From Catajapyx aquilonaris (Eukaryota): a DNA stretch of 32,288 bases. The stretch lies in the NCBI GenBank assembly GCA_000934665.2, contig KZ539142.1, positions 1-32,288 on the forward strand, in the 5' to 3' direction. Under the pieces are notes generated by a model. That model ran no database searches. It worked only from the letters and a program-made list of their open reading frames with translations, and was not told the origin of the DNA. Of this stretch, positions 1 to 12,100 are shown piece after piece. Both the position numbers and the translations under genes were made by a program. How positions within the stretch are numbered: the first letter of the stretch is position 1; each line of letters opens with the position of its first letter.

Positions 1-452
1 GCCCAATCTTCCTTAGTATTATACTAGCCAACAGGACTGATATGGCCACATGTAGTTCACATGTAGGGCTACAACATACGTGAAAACCAGCGAAAAAAAG
101 TATAACAATTTTAAAAATTAAATGTTTAAAATTTGCAATTTCAATCTTTTTAACGCAAAAATTTAAAATTTTAAAATTAACCATAGAATACGATTATATC
201 AACCTTTCTGAGTAAATTGATATCAAAAGCACATCTGTCTCACAATTAGTTGCGGAGAAACAGCCAAAAGAAAAATGGCTCGCAAAGAAAAGGCTCAAAA
301 TTACTACCCCCCCAAAAACGGGTAAAAATCAAAATATTTCAAAACGCTTTGGTACAATGTTTTAGCAGCGCTAGGTCACCATAACCTGTGAATAGCATTC
401 AAATCCGCCACATCAAGGGTACAAAGGGGGCCCCACTGACATGGAATGACCC
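1..452. mobile_element. Right end of a probable non-autonomous DNA transposon (truncated by the window)
   Basis: Ends in CCCCACTGACATGGAATGACCC, a TIR-like terminus; the partner TIR is not in the window. Confidence 0.3.
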
Positions 453-517
453 ATGTGACTTACACTATATCAATCCTACAAAAATCATGGACTTACACCA
501 TTTTTGACTGGGTGTAA

Positions 518-679
518 TAGAGTTGAATCCGGATATAACAGACTCTTGTTATAACCAAGGTCTCTTATATCTGATTTAAAAAACCATTAATGATAGAAGT
601 ACGCCGGAACCGGCCTTTCGAGTCTGTTATAACCGAAAGTCTGTTATAGCCGAGGCTGTTATATCCGGATTCAATTGTA
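518..679. mobile_element. Short pogo/Tigger-type MITE
   Basis: TA-flanked TIRs TTGAATCCGGATATAACAG / CTGTTATATCCGGATTCAA and internal GTTATAACC repeats. Confidence 0.7.
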
Positions 680-888
680 TTTATAAAATTTCCTTTGATC
701 ATTCTTCAATTTTAACAAAAATAATTTTAGTAACAATTAATTTCAATAAAAAATTTCAGAGAAGGAAATTTTCAGCAAAAATTAAAAATAATTTTAAATA
801 TGGCAAAACTGACAGCCACACACTTATTATTTGGCATACACAACAATATTTGTCTGCAGAGATGCCCCCAGAAATATCGCTTAGATCT

Positions 889-1263
889 TCATCGGCCATC
901 TTTAACAGCTGGTATGGGACTTACACCAGGATTGCTCCAAGGGGTAGGCAACTCTCCTTGGAGCATAAATGACATAATGTCATTTACTGCCCAAATATCC
1001 AACTTAGGATTTATACCATTTTTTTTTACCAACTTGGAGTACTTCTCTGAATGTGATGGCAGTCCTATCTCGAAAATTGCATTTTTGCACTTGGGCCACT
1101 TTTGTTCTAAGCGCCTCAATTTATATGCTGGAAATTTGGAAAGCGTCATTTGCAATGGAAGCTGCGATTCATAACATCATGTCAGTTGCTGCCCTCTGGG
1201 GCACAGTGGTCCTTAGGACAGTGTACACCTCTTTGTGGACGACTGTGCCCCCCTTTGCCTCTG
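889..1263 (-). pseudogene. Decayed protein-kinase-like fragment (subdomain IX)
   Basis: KLDIWAVNDIMSFMLQGELP has the spacing of kinase DIWSxGxIxxxMLxGxLP with the invariant G changed to N; upstream frames are broken by stops. Confidence 0.4.
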
Positions 1264-2029
1264 TACAGTAATTAATGTCATCATAGGTTTATATGCTAAT
1301 TGTTTTGACAGACACTATTATGGAATAAAGTTCATGCGCTGAAGGATGTGTCTGGACCGGTCTGGACAAAGTCTATATTCTGGAGAGAAACAATGTTTCA
1401 CTTATGTCCACAGGTTGCAGTAACAGAAGTCCCTTTTTATTATTTCCCATTTATTTAGAGGGGTTAGATGTACAATTAAAAATTTTAAAAAAACTTCTTG
1501 TGTGAATTCTTGTGTGACCAGTGCCCAAAGCATCAGGGTACAGTTGTGGTCCAATTGCATAGGGCAGCGCCTTAAAAATTTTTAAGCCAAAGGGATGGCA
1601 CTGCCTGTGAATATATTAGTGACGTGTATTACCAATAAGTACCTCCACCGTGCCGGAAAATATTGGGTGTGTAGGTATAACAGGAACTTTTATAAAAATT
1701 CAAATGTGCAAAAGTGGACCACTGCGCCTCGGTCTCCCCAACAGTCCCTAGGAAATGGGTACCAATATGAGGAGGTCAGCAGTATGAGATGTGCATGTGC
1801 TTCGTCTTCATGCATCACAATTTCATAAACTTCACAAATAATTTAGACTAATTTTACAAAAAATAAGGGTGAAGTGGGCTTTAAATGCCATAGTAATTAC
1901 AAATATAAAACTTCCTACTCACACACAATAATTCAAATATTACTTGATGACAAAAATGTTTGCTGATACTGATGTACCCCAAAACCAGAGAAAATAGTCC
2001 ATGCAAATGGTGTATTGTGGGGTCCTTAA

Positions 2030-2856
2030 CCCTAATAAGACGGGTGGTTTTTCGCGGTTTTGCAAGTGTCCGCAAAAAATTTGCTTTCGTTGGGACTTGG
2101 GGGACGAGATTTGAAAACACTAGTGAATAAGATCGCATAGTGTCCAGGCTTGATCCTGAGGCCATCTATGTGACCCTCCTCTCATGCGTACGCAGTGGAA
2201 ACTCTCATATGCATAACAAGGTGGCGCAGAGGCGTATGTTTCGCACCTACTCCAATTTTTTGTCACTCTGCCTGCTTGACAAAAAATTATCGGTATGTAG
2301 CCTTGGCACCGCTGACCAAAGCAGTTCATAAGTGCATGGCATGAATTACGTCACAGGACTGCGAGACTTGCAGCAGTCATAAACAAACAACCCCTCACGA
2401 ATGTAAACATTCAGCCATTCAAAAGGTGCGGGGAGCATGCACCCTCCAGCCAGCCTGAGGCTGGCGCTGAAGTGCGCAGACTCCCGCCAGCCGCTAATTG
2501 GCATTTACGAACATTATTTGTTTATTTCAAAACTATTGAAGCATCTTTTGCACTAATTTTAGGGTGGAATCTCTTGAGGAGGTTAAGGGGCAACTATGTA
2601 TGCCAAAAATTTGCTGGTCAAGGTCGGATTTTTTTTTTTCAGCGGCCGCAAAAAGATGATTTCATTCAAGGTAATCTGGTTAATCCGGTTTATTTATGCA
2701 CGATTTTGTAGTCCGAAACTCGCGATTTTTTTACGCGAGAGAAAATTTAAAAAGCCACACAGAAACCACGTTACATAGTGGGAAAACACTATAGTTTTGC
2801 CAGCAGAATTTTTTAAAGCTAGCGTCACAGCATATGTGACGCCCGTCTTATTAGGG
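2030..2856 (+). mobile_element. piggyBac-type MITE, family C, full copy
   Basis: TTAA TSD at 2026-2029 and 2857-2860; 17-bp TIR CCCTAATAAGACGGGYG; related copies at about 14651-16105 and 19014-19390. Confidence 0.88.
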
Positions 2857-2919
2857 TTAAAGTATATATTTTGGCACCTAAAATTGTGAGGTCCACCCAA
2901 GTACTCATTTACAAGAGCC

Positions 2920-3179
2920 GGCGAAACGGTGGCGGAGTGGTTAGCTCCGCAGCCTTCCACCTCCAAGGTCCAGAGTTCGATCCCCGGGTCGAACGGAGGA
3001 TACTTATGTGGATAGAGTTTCGATGGGTTCTCTCCGTGTTCGCGTGGGTTTTCGCAGGGTTCTCCCATTTCCTCCCGCAATCAAAATCCATGACAGCAAA
3101 GGCAATGGTTAAAGAAGGTTATTCAAAAGATGATCCCCTAAGAGGCCCAAGGAGGCCTATCATGGGGTATCCATTATTA

Positions 3180-3221
<42 letters not shown>
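2920..3221 (+). mobile_element. tRNA-derived SINE, family 1
   Basis: A box TGGCGGAGTGG, B box GTTCGATCC, (ATT)n tail, 18-bp TSD TACTCATTTACAAGAGCC (2902-2919, 3222-3239); second copy at 20340. Confidence 0.9.
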
Positions 3222-3308
3222 TACTCATTTACAAGAGCCTGAAAAAAACATAACAAAATGGAGCTAAAAAATCAGTCAATTCCCATTCTTGAACCATTTA
3301 TTTAATCA

Positions 3309-4217
3309 TACACTAAAATTTCTATAAGTTCGAAGTTCTCTATAATTCGAAGAAAATGATGAGCTTGGTTGGTCACAATGTAAAAGAATACGAAATAAAC
3401 TTCCCTAACTCGAATTTCTATAACTCGAAGTTCTCCATAACTCGAAGTGCTGGCAGGGCCTTACGATATCAATGCATTTTCAGTCTCCCTAAGTCGAAGT
3501 TCATGTTGGCGAGTACGAAAAATTTTCTCATTTCCCAGCTGAAGGGTCGAGAGTAGGCGACATGTTGTATAGAAAGGCTCAATTTCCTGATCTCAGTCTA
3601 CCAGACGTACCCAAAGAAGAGTTTGACTCTATTGTGACAATTTAATCCTTGAATCTAATAATAATAATAAATAATTAATAATTCATACCCCGTTATCAGC
3701 CTATCGGCTCTTTAGGGGGGAAGTTTTTGTTTTGCCTGGAACTCTTTGCTTTCATTTTACTGCGCTTTTTGGGATATGATAGGGATGGAAGGAAGCGGCT
3801 GTGGCCTATTAATTATGGAAACAACTCCGGAATTTTCTTGGAAGGACTGTAGGAAACCACAGAAAACCACAGTCAGAGTTGCGGGCCCGGGGATTTGTTC
3901 CCAGGACCTCCCGATTAGCAGTCGGACACCATATCCCCTACTCCAAACTGCTTCAGTTAATCCTTGAATCTAATTGTAGGCATGCCCATAATGGAGATTT
4001 TTTTTTGCAAACAAAACAGCGAGGAACATTGTAAGTGTGATAGTGACAGTTATTTTTAAGTTTTGAACACCTTTCGTCACTGGATATGAAGGCAGGCTTC
4101 CTTATAGACATAGAGTTATGTGCTTTAAAAATTCCAAACTTCTCTAACTCGAATCTTCTATAACTCGAAGTTTTTTTCCGGTCCCATGGAGATTTGACTT
4201 ACAGAAGTTTTACTGTA
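3309..4217 (+). mobile_element. pogo/Tigger-type MITE, family A, copy 1 (SINE inserted)
   Basis: TA-CAGTAAAACTT-like termini, subterminal TATAACTCGAA repeats; collinear with copies at 10985 and 25667. Confidence 0.85.
3660..3956 (-). mobile_element. tRNA-derived SINE, family 4, nested in MITE A
   Basis: 18-bp TSD TTAATCCTTGAATCTAAT (3642-3659, 3957-3974), (ATT)n tail at the left end; body shared with copies at 10662, 29936 and 31256. Confidence 0.85.
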
Positions 4218-4615
4218 TTATTTTGTTGTAAGCTACAAGTAGAAATTGGAGATATTATGAAAGTTGCCCATCATCTCTACATCTATTTGCCTGCATGGTT
4301 GTATTATTTTAAAATGTGTTATTATTTATTTGTTACTTCTGACACATGACAGACTACATTTAATAGCTGAGAATTGGCATTACCACTTAGCAAACTGACA
4401 TGATATGATATACAGGATGAAGGGATTTTGGTGCATAATCGCCAGGTAGAGTGATAGTACTCGCAAAACTAATATAGGGATGTGCAATTAGTTTTGGGTG
4501 CCGTTGCGCAGTTAATGCGTACGGAGCCTTCAATGTTTCATGATGTCACATCCGCTCCACCAGTTTCAAAGAATGGGCTCATTCTTAATGAGTTCTCTGG
4601 TTTTCTATCAAGTGC

Positions 4616-5815
4616 AGTAGAATCTTCATATAACGCTCCCGCATATAAGGCTTTCCCGCTTTTAACACCCTTTTTTCCCGACCTCTAGATCAGCCCCATA
4701 AGGCCCAATGGTAAAGCAATGGTATAGCACTTTCCAGGTTTAATGCTTTCCCGCATATCCCGCCCCGTTTCCCTGGACCCTAGAGACACTTATCCATATA
4801 CCGCCTGGTTTCCCGGTCCCCAGAGACACTTATCCCCCATATAAAGTCGAAAGGCGTATCGTGTGTACATAGAGGGCAATTGACAACAAGCGATAAATAA
4901 CAGGAAATACATTTTCTCTCGTATTTTGGATGTATGAGGGCCTTTGTGGGATGGTGTAAGGCTCTGGGCATTGTCACCAAGTGTTAATTAACTATCTTGC
5001 CGCCGCTACTCCCGCCACATGACTCATGCATGACTTAATCGTATTTAAAAAATTCAATATCTCACCAATGGTGCGTGTTAGCTTCATGCTGCATAATATC
5101 ATTCAAACCGCACTGAATCGCTGCTCCTGCCAGACTTACTGTTCTGCCCCCACAGTACAGGCCGTATCATAACAGCTATAACTACTTACATGCATCTACG
5201 CAGGGGGGTTGGAAAAAATGTCGTGGTGAAGTATACGAGATCAAACATAGATTCTATGCAAAATATTGCTAAGAAACCGATCTAATAAATTGCTACATTC
5301 CCAAAATTGAGCTAGTCTTCATACAATCTCTATCATTCCACATTTAATTTTTCCAATATGGCCGCCGGAAGATGACGTCATATGGTCTGGCAAAGGACTT
5401 GAGCATGTGATTTTTGTGCTGGATTCTGCGTGGCTTGCTTGTGAATATGCTGAAACCCTCGTTCATTTACGGTTTATAGATTTATTGCAAAAATAATCTC
5501 ACCTTGGAGCACGGACACAGCGGCGAGAGGGTTAAACAAGTCAACGTTGCAGAGAGGCAGCTTACGTGAACTGTGACCCTAGGTAATAACTATTGTTTTG
5601 GGTGCTTCAGCATCAGGGGATATTTTCGGGTTCTCTCTGTGGTACTTGGGCAGGTCAGTTCAGGTTACCGTTGTTTATAAACATCCATATGCATAGCACC
5701 AGTGAAGGCATTAATTTCCTGAGAAAAGGGTGAATTAAATAGAATTTCCTGCATATAACAAATTCCCACTCATAACCCTACTTTTGGCGGTCCCTTGAAG
5801 AGTGATATATGTATG
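4616..5815. mobile_element. Old Tigger-like element containing a degenerate piggyBac-type MITE (4988-5535)
   Basis: CAGTAGAATCTTCATATAACG left end, about 29-bp direct repeat at 4767 and 4808; inner element has TTAA ends and an imperfect TIR (CTATCTTGCCGC / GCGGCGAGAGGG). Confidence 0.45.
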
Positions 5816-6009
5816 AGCTTCAAATCAAATTACAATACAGTCATTAGTTCATGTATTATTTTGAATGAAGTCCGAATATAGACTGTCTGTATATGATAGG
5901 ATATAATACTAAAAAATGAAAATATTTCCTGAGACAGGATAAGAAGATATCTCTCTTTCCATATAAGGCTAGCACCTTCAACATCTGGTACGCCAGTCCT
6001 TAGTCCACA

Positions 6010-6173
6010 TCAATAAATCTCTAACATGGAGTTAGGATATCCCAGGAGTTTTAAAGCCTTATGCTCTGCTGTACACAACAGCTCATCTGCTATTGGCATT
6101 AGGCTGTAGTTTCCCACACTATCGACCAGCCATGTATATGTTACTGTTATGGCCTTGTAAGTGCTAAACCACT
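6010..6173 (-). CDS. BRCA1: BRCA1-like terminal exon 10 (BRCT2 C-terminus, stop TGA)
   Basis: tttcttacag|AG-WFSTYKAITVTYTWLVDSVGNYSLMP...MLEIY*; VTYTWLVDSVGNY matches human VTREWVLDSVALY. Confidence 0.88.
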
Positions 6174-9100
6174 CTGTAAGAAAGTGTGATAAATAAGCTG
6201 AGCATTCAACTGTTTCTTGTCATTAAGCAATACACTACCATTATATCTTTGCTTCATGGAATCATGATTATCACAAATAATCACAGCAGGCTCAGAAGAG
6301 GAGGTGCTTATGTCCGTCACAATTGGCCGGGGAGTGCCTCCACATGCTATGACAGCTCCCTGTAAATAAAAGATCCATACTGAAAATCTTCAAGGTAGCC
6401 TGACATGACATCTCTACCTCACTGAACATGGATTCCCTTAATGTGGCTCAAATGTGGTTGATTTATTGCTATCAAAAATTTCAATTTCAATTTTTGTTTA
6501 ATTTTTGTTTAAATTTACCCCGTCATAGGGTGCGAATTTGGTGTTAAGCCACGATGTTCATGTGTCAATAGGACCAAGGGTTGTTTGTTTGGATAGGTGT
6601 AAATGGCGTAAGGTAATTAATGGGTAGAATATTCACAGGTTTGTGAGGAATGGCAGTGTCCATTGAGTTCTTCCAAATGGCTAGAATGTTTGCAGGTTGG
6701 TGGGAGGAGTCGGCATCTGGAAGTTCATACTTGGGCTCTGGATGCTGTGCAGAACTACAAGGTTGGCAAATATTTCTTGCACAGTAATGCATAGGTAGAC
6801 ACCGGTAGTCATGCTTGCAAGGGTATCTGCATCTCTCTCTCTCTCTCTGTCCTGCACAGCACTTGGAGTTTGAGTGTAGATTTCCGTATGCTGGTTCTTT
6901 TCACTGGCCTGTGGGTGTTCTGGTCGTTTGGAGGAGAATATTCTAGTCACTTGGAGGAATTTAACAGTTGCTGATTCCTCTTCCAGAGGGGGGGTGGGGG
7001 GCGGGACGGGTTGTTTATAGGTTTATTTTTACAAGTATTAATTTAGTTCATATTTTGGGTTAGCTTGTGGCTCCCGTCATCGCTGACTACCCCTTTTAGG
7101 GAAATGTTGTGATGGTGATGATGATAGGGCGGAGCCCTTTTAGGGGGGAAGGGGAGGTTCCCAAGGGAGGGCACTGTAATTATACAGGGTGGTCAGTAAA
7201 TGGCGCACAAGCTTCAGGTAGCGAGATTCCTTGTGAAAAACCAGTATATGGAAGTGAAGGTCATATTGCTCTACGATGCCTGGTTATGGCTCACGAGACC
7301 TCCAAAGTTTGGGCCAAATCATGACGTCACGTCCGCCCGCGAAATTCAAACACTACCGTATCACTTCTGTCTGCAGTGCGTTGCCAGGGGTTGCCATGTT
7401 GACATCCCCCACATTTTCACCAAACAAAGGAACCGTATAAACGGGCTGGGACGTTGCCAGGCATTGCCATAACATCGTCGCCGCGTGCCTGGCAACGTCC
7501 CAGCCAGTTTATACGGTTCCTTTGTTTGGTGAAAATGTGGGGGATGTCAACATGGCAACCCCTGGCAACGCACTGCAGACAGAAGTGATACGGTAGTGTT
7601 TGAATTTCGCGGGCGGACGTGACGTCATGATTTGGCCCAAACTTTGGAGGTCTCGTGAGCCATAACCAGGCATCGTAGAGCAATATGACCTTCACTTCCA
7701 TATACTGGTTTTTCACACGGAATCTCGCTACCTGAAGCTTGTGCGCCATTTACCGACCACCCTGTATAGTCATTTCTGACTTTCTAAAATACACCAGAGC
7801 TTTCCTCCTGGCCCTGGGCAGAGTAGGGAGTGCAAGCAGAGGTGACGGGGATGGGATTTGAACCCTGGCCTCCCACTTGGCTGGCCAGTGGCATAACCAC
7901 CAGACCACCATGCCTCCTCAAAAATTTCAATTTGAAGCAATGGTACAATGACTTCCTCCCTGTATACAGGGTGTAAAGGAATTCGGGGGACAAACTTGTA
8001 GGGGTAATAGAGGGGACCAAGACAAACATATTTGTCCTAGGAACCTGTGTCCGGAAACGCCATCTAGAGGGGGTTCATAGACAAGGAATGGGTGCGCTCA
8101 GAAGCGTCAGGCGGGCGGCTGTAGCGAGCAGACCGTTTAGTTGCTAGGTGGCGTGCGGATTGTACACAACTTCGCAATTTGTCATAACCTGGCAACAACA
8201 GAGCCACCTTACAACTAAAGTCAGCATGCTAGGTAGCGCGTAGATAATAAACAACAGCTCTGTTGTTGCCAGGTTATGGCGAATTGCCGAGTTGTGTACA
8301 ACCCGCGCGCCACCTAGCAATTAAACGGTCCGCTCGCTAACGCCGCCAGCCTGACGTGTCTGAGCGCACCCGTTCCTTGTCTATGAACCCCCTCTAGATG
8401 GCGTTTCCGGACACGGGTTCCTAGGTCAAATATGTTTGTCTTGGTCCCATCTATTACCCCTACAAGTTTGTCCCCCGAATTCATTTACACCCTGTAGATA
8501 CAGAGGGAAAATAAATATGAATGAAAATATGACTATGAATGAATGGTACAATGACTGGAAACAAAAACAACAACCTGGGCAAGAGGAAGAGATTATCAAT
8601 ATTGTGAATGGCCATGCTACTAAACTTTGAAAACATGTTTCCCCCTTGTAATGGTGTGCTCTTTCAGGACAACACCCTTCCAACTTTGGGAACCTATCAG
8701 GTCTTATACTGCTTCACAAGGTAAGTTTATGTTGGTATAAACAACCACTCTGATTGGCCTGCTTTCCTAGACTACTACTTTGGTCTTAAGACACGTTTAT
8801 CTGCAAACATAAAGAATCACCAAATGCTGTATTTAGAACTGTTTACTCCATTGCATGAGTGCAGCAGCCCAGGCATAATTTTTTGACAAAATGCCACAAA
8901 ACCTTTGAATTCAAAAGTGTCCTCTACCTGTGGTATCATTCTCTCTTTTCCAAACACCCTAGACAGTCAAAGTGAATGCACAGATGGAAGAATCAATTCT
9001 ACTTAATGCCGTCTTACCTGCCAAGCATCATAGGAAAGTTTTGAGCCGGAAGATCTTATTAAACATATCTGCATTCCCTGGAGAAGCAGCTTGGAAGACA

Positions 9101-12100
9101 GTCTTGCTTTCTGTGGGCCTGGTGTTCCAACCCAGCTGTTCATTTCAAATGGCTCCTGTAAAAAATGGTTCCAGTAAATATTATATACTATTACTACATT
9201 ATCATGGCTACTCTCACATGCATTCCTTAAGGAAAAATGGTAACAATATTTGGCCAACAGCACAGTATGGAGTACTAGTCTGACGCCCCAAGCAAAAACT
9301 CTGCACGTGCAAAAACCATGTATGTTCAGCTAAGCATACCTCTGCACTCCCCTTTATGCTGCCCACGTAATGGTAGAAACGTCGTTTCTCTACGAGCCTC
9401 CATTGCAAAGTTAGGGACAAACCATTTATGTATATGTATGTAAGGCAGGGTCCCCCTAAAAGGACACTGCCCTCTAATGGGGTAAATAAAATAAAATAAA
9501 AATAAAATATGTAAGGCAGGCATGCAAACTTCTAATGCAATTATCTCGAAATGACAAAAACCACACATACAGGGTTTTATGCTTTGGGTGTCAGTAGTGG
9601 AGCCACAAGCCCATGGCACCACCAGTAGGACACCATTAATGTCCAGCACTTGTACTTCAGCTCATATCTGCACAAATCATGAAGAATAAGAGTGCACCTG
9701 GCATGACATCAATATTCCAATACTTTTTTTCAGGGGCGGGAAGAAATAATCTGCCTTAAAACCCTTTAATTACCCTCTCTGTGGTGTACTGAGTGAGCAA
9801 ACATGCATATCAGAGGCTGCACAATAATTGTTTATTGGAACATCTCAGGATGCAAGGAATTTGAGATCTTCAACTTTCTATGGTATTCAATGCCATTGGT
9901 AGATGACTGCTGATTTTGTGTTGACATTTTTCACTAAAACTGGAAGTAATGAAATTTATTCATCCAAAATCATATTTCTCTATTGTATTGCCCTATTTAA
10001 AGGGGCCTTATGCTGTGTAACCAGTGCTCCAAAATAACTCATTCTGCTAAATATCACTTTTAATTAACCCTTTGTCGGAGAAGGTGTGGTGGCTGAGATG
10101 GTAACGTCTCGGCTTGCTGTGCCGCCGGGAGTTACCTTTCGCCTGAGTCACAGTGGGTCTCTGGCCTGTGCCTAAGGAGCTCTTGGCAACCGGCCTCCTG
10201 GGGGACTGCACATGACCCTTTTCAGACATTGCACTTGCACCTGTGTCCCCTCCCAACTCCCCCCATCCTTACCCTACATCCTTAATGTCCTTGCACGGTG
10301 ACTGAAGAAAAACAGAAAATCAATCCTGATGGTGGTAATCCCCCCCCCTAAANCCCCCTAAAAGGGCTTCGTTCCCTCTAATGGGGTAAACAAACAAACA
10401 AACATAACCTTTGTCTACCGTGGCCGTGTTGGTTGCATTATAATGCCACCAAACATAATAATTTGTTAAAATTCACTGGTATAACCCCGACGGAATTTCT
10501 TTCACCATAGCATTACGAAATGTGTGTAGTTTACATGTTCATGAGTATTTACGCGACCCCGCGTGATATTTTTAATGTCATGACGTCATAGGCCAAAGGT
10601 CCCGTTCATTGTCAACAAACACTTACTGCGGGAATTTAAATAGACATAACTCCCTGCCGCAGAGGGAGGCATGGTGGTCTAGTGGTTACGCCACTGCCCA
10701 GCAAAGTGGGAGGCCGGGGTTCAAATCCCATCCCCGTCACCTCTGCTTGGCCGGGTCTTTTTCCGCTTTTCACCTGCAATCCTAACCGTGGTTTTCTGTG
10801 GTTTCCCACGGTCCCCCCCAGGAGAATTCCGGGATTGCTTCCTAAATAAAAGGTCACAGCCGCTTCCTTCCATCCCTATCCTATCCCAAAAAGTGAAGTA
10901 AATGAAAGCAAAGAATCCAATCAAAACAAAATTGGGATGAACTCCCCCCCCTAAAGAGCTGCCGGCTGATAACAGGGTATGAATTACAGTAAAACTTTTA
11001 TAAGTCGAACTTCCCTAAGTCGAAGTTCTCTATAAGTCGAAGAAAATGATGAGCTTGGTTGGTCACAATGTAAAATAATAGGAAATAAACTTCCCTAACT
11101 CGAATCTCTATAACTCAAAGTTCTCCATAACTAGAAGTGCTGGCAGGGCCTTACGATGGGATATCAATGCATTTTCAGTCTCCCTAAGTCGAAGTTCATG
11201 TTGCCGAGTACGGAAAATTTTCTCATTTCCCAGCCGAAGGGTCGAGAGTAGGCCACATGTACAGAAAGGCTCAATTTCCTGATCTCCGTCTATCAGACTT
11301 ACCGAAAGAAGTGTTTGACTCGATTGTGACAATTGAATCCTTGAATCTAAGAGTAGGCAAATGTCCATAACAGAGATTTCTTTTACACCAAAACAACGAG
11401 TAACATTGTAAGTGTGATAGTGACAGTTATTTTTAAGTTTTGAACACCTTTCGTTGCTGGATATAAAGGGAGCCTTCCTTATAGAGTTCTGTGCTTTAAA
11501 AAATCCAAACTTCTCTAACTCGAATCTTCTAGAACTCAAAGTTTTTTCCTGGTCCCATGGAGATTCGACATAGAAGTTTTACTGTATTATTATTATGAAA
11601 ATTGGAATCTGCATGGTGGCTGAAAGCAGTACATGTGGGTGGAGTAACAAGATAACAGATGAACCTAGCAACAGGGCAAATGATAAACATTTTAAATGGA
11701 AAGAACCCAGTCGTGATCTCTATCATGGGTAGTGCCGGATTTCCCAATAGTCAGAGTAGGCAATTGCCTGGGGGCAGCTGCAAATTGGAATATACAAATT
11801 TTCAAATAAAATAAAATAAAATAAAAAGGGGAGAGCTATCTTCATCCTACTTGTCATTATAATGCAACACTTACCTCGGAGACAAGTTGTTTCTTACTGA
11901 GGCACTCCTGCACCCAGGAAAAACTTATTATCCATTTTCTGAAGGCAACTCCCAGTAAGTACTCTCCTGTCGGATTCCTGATATTCATGCTACCAGACGG
12001 CATTATCACATGTGTGACATCCTTCGTGAAAAAGTCAAATGTCTTAGCACTTAGCATTCTTGCCAAGTAGGTCACTAGTCTGATTTCAGTCTTGTTTAGA

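Noticed and set aside
889..1155. BARD1-like BRCT C-terminus (WAVNDIMSFML resembling WFIDCVMSFEL) or an alternative last exon
   Set aside because: The kinase subdomain IX spacing fits better, there is no convincing in-phase acceptor, and BRCA1 already ends properly at 6010.
2920..3000. tRNA genes at A/B-box sequences here and at 10662, 16403, 24920 and 29936
   Set aside because: No complete cloverleaf; each continues into a repeat body, tail and usually a TSD, so these are SINE heads.
7200..7749. Two near-identical ORFs on opposite strands (MAHKLQVARF...)
   Set aside because: They are the two arms of one palindromic MITE.
9570..9667. Candidate BRCT-linker exon (EVQVLDING)
   Set aside because: All three phases hit a stop before the donor; the real linker exon is 9155-9018.
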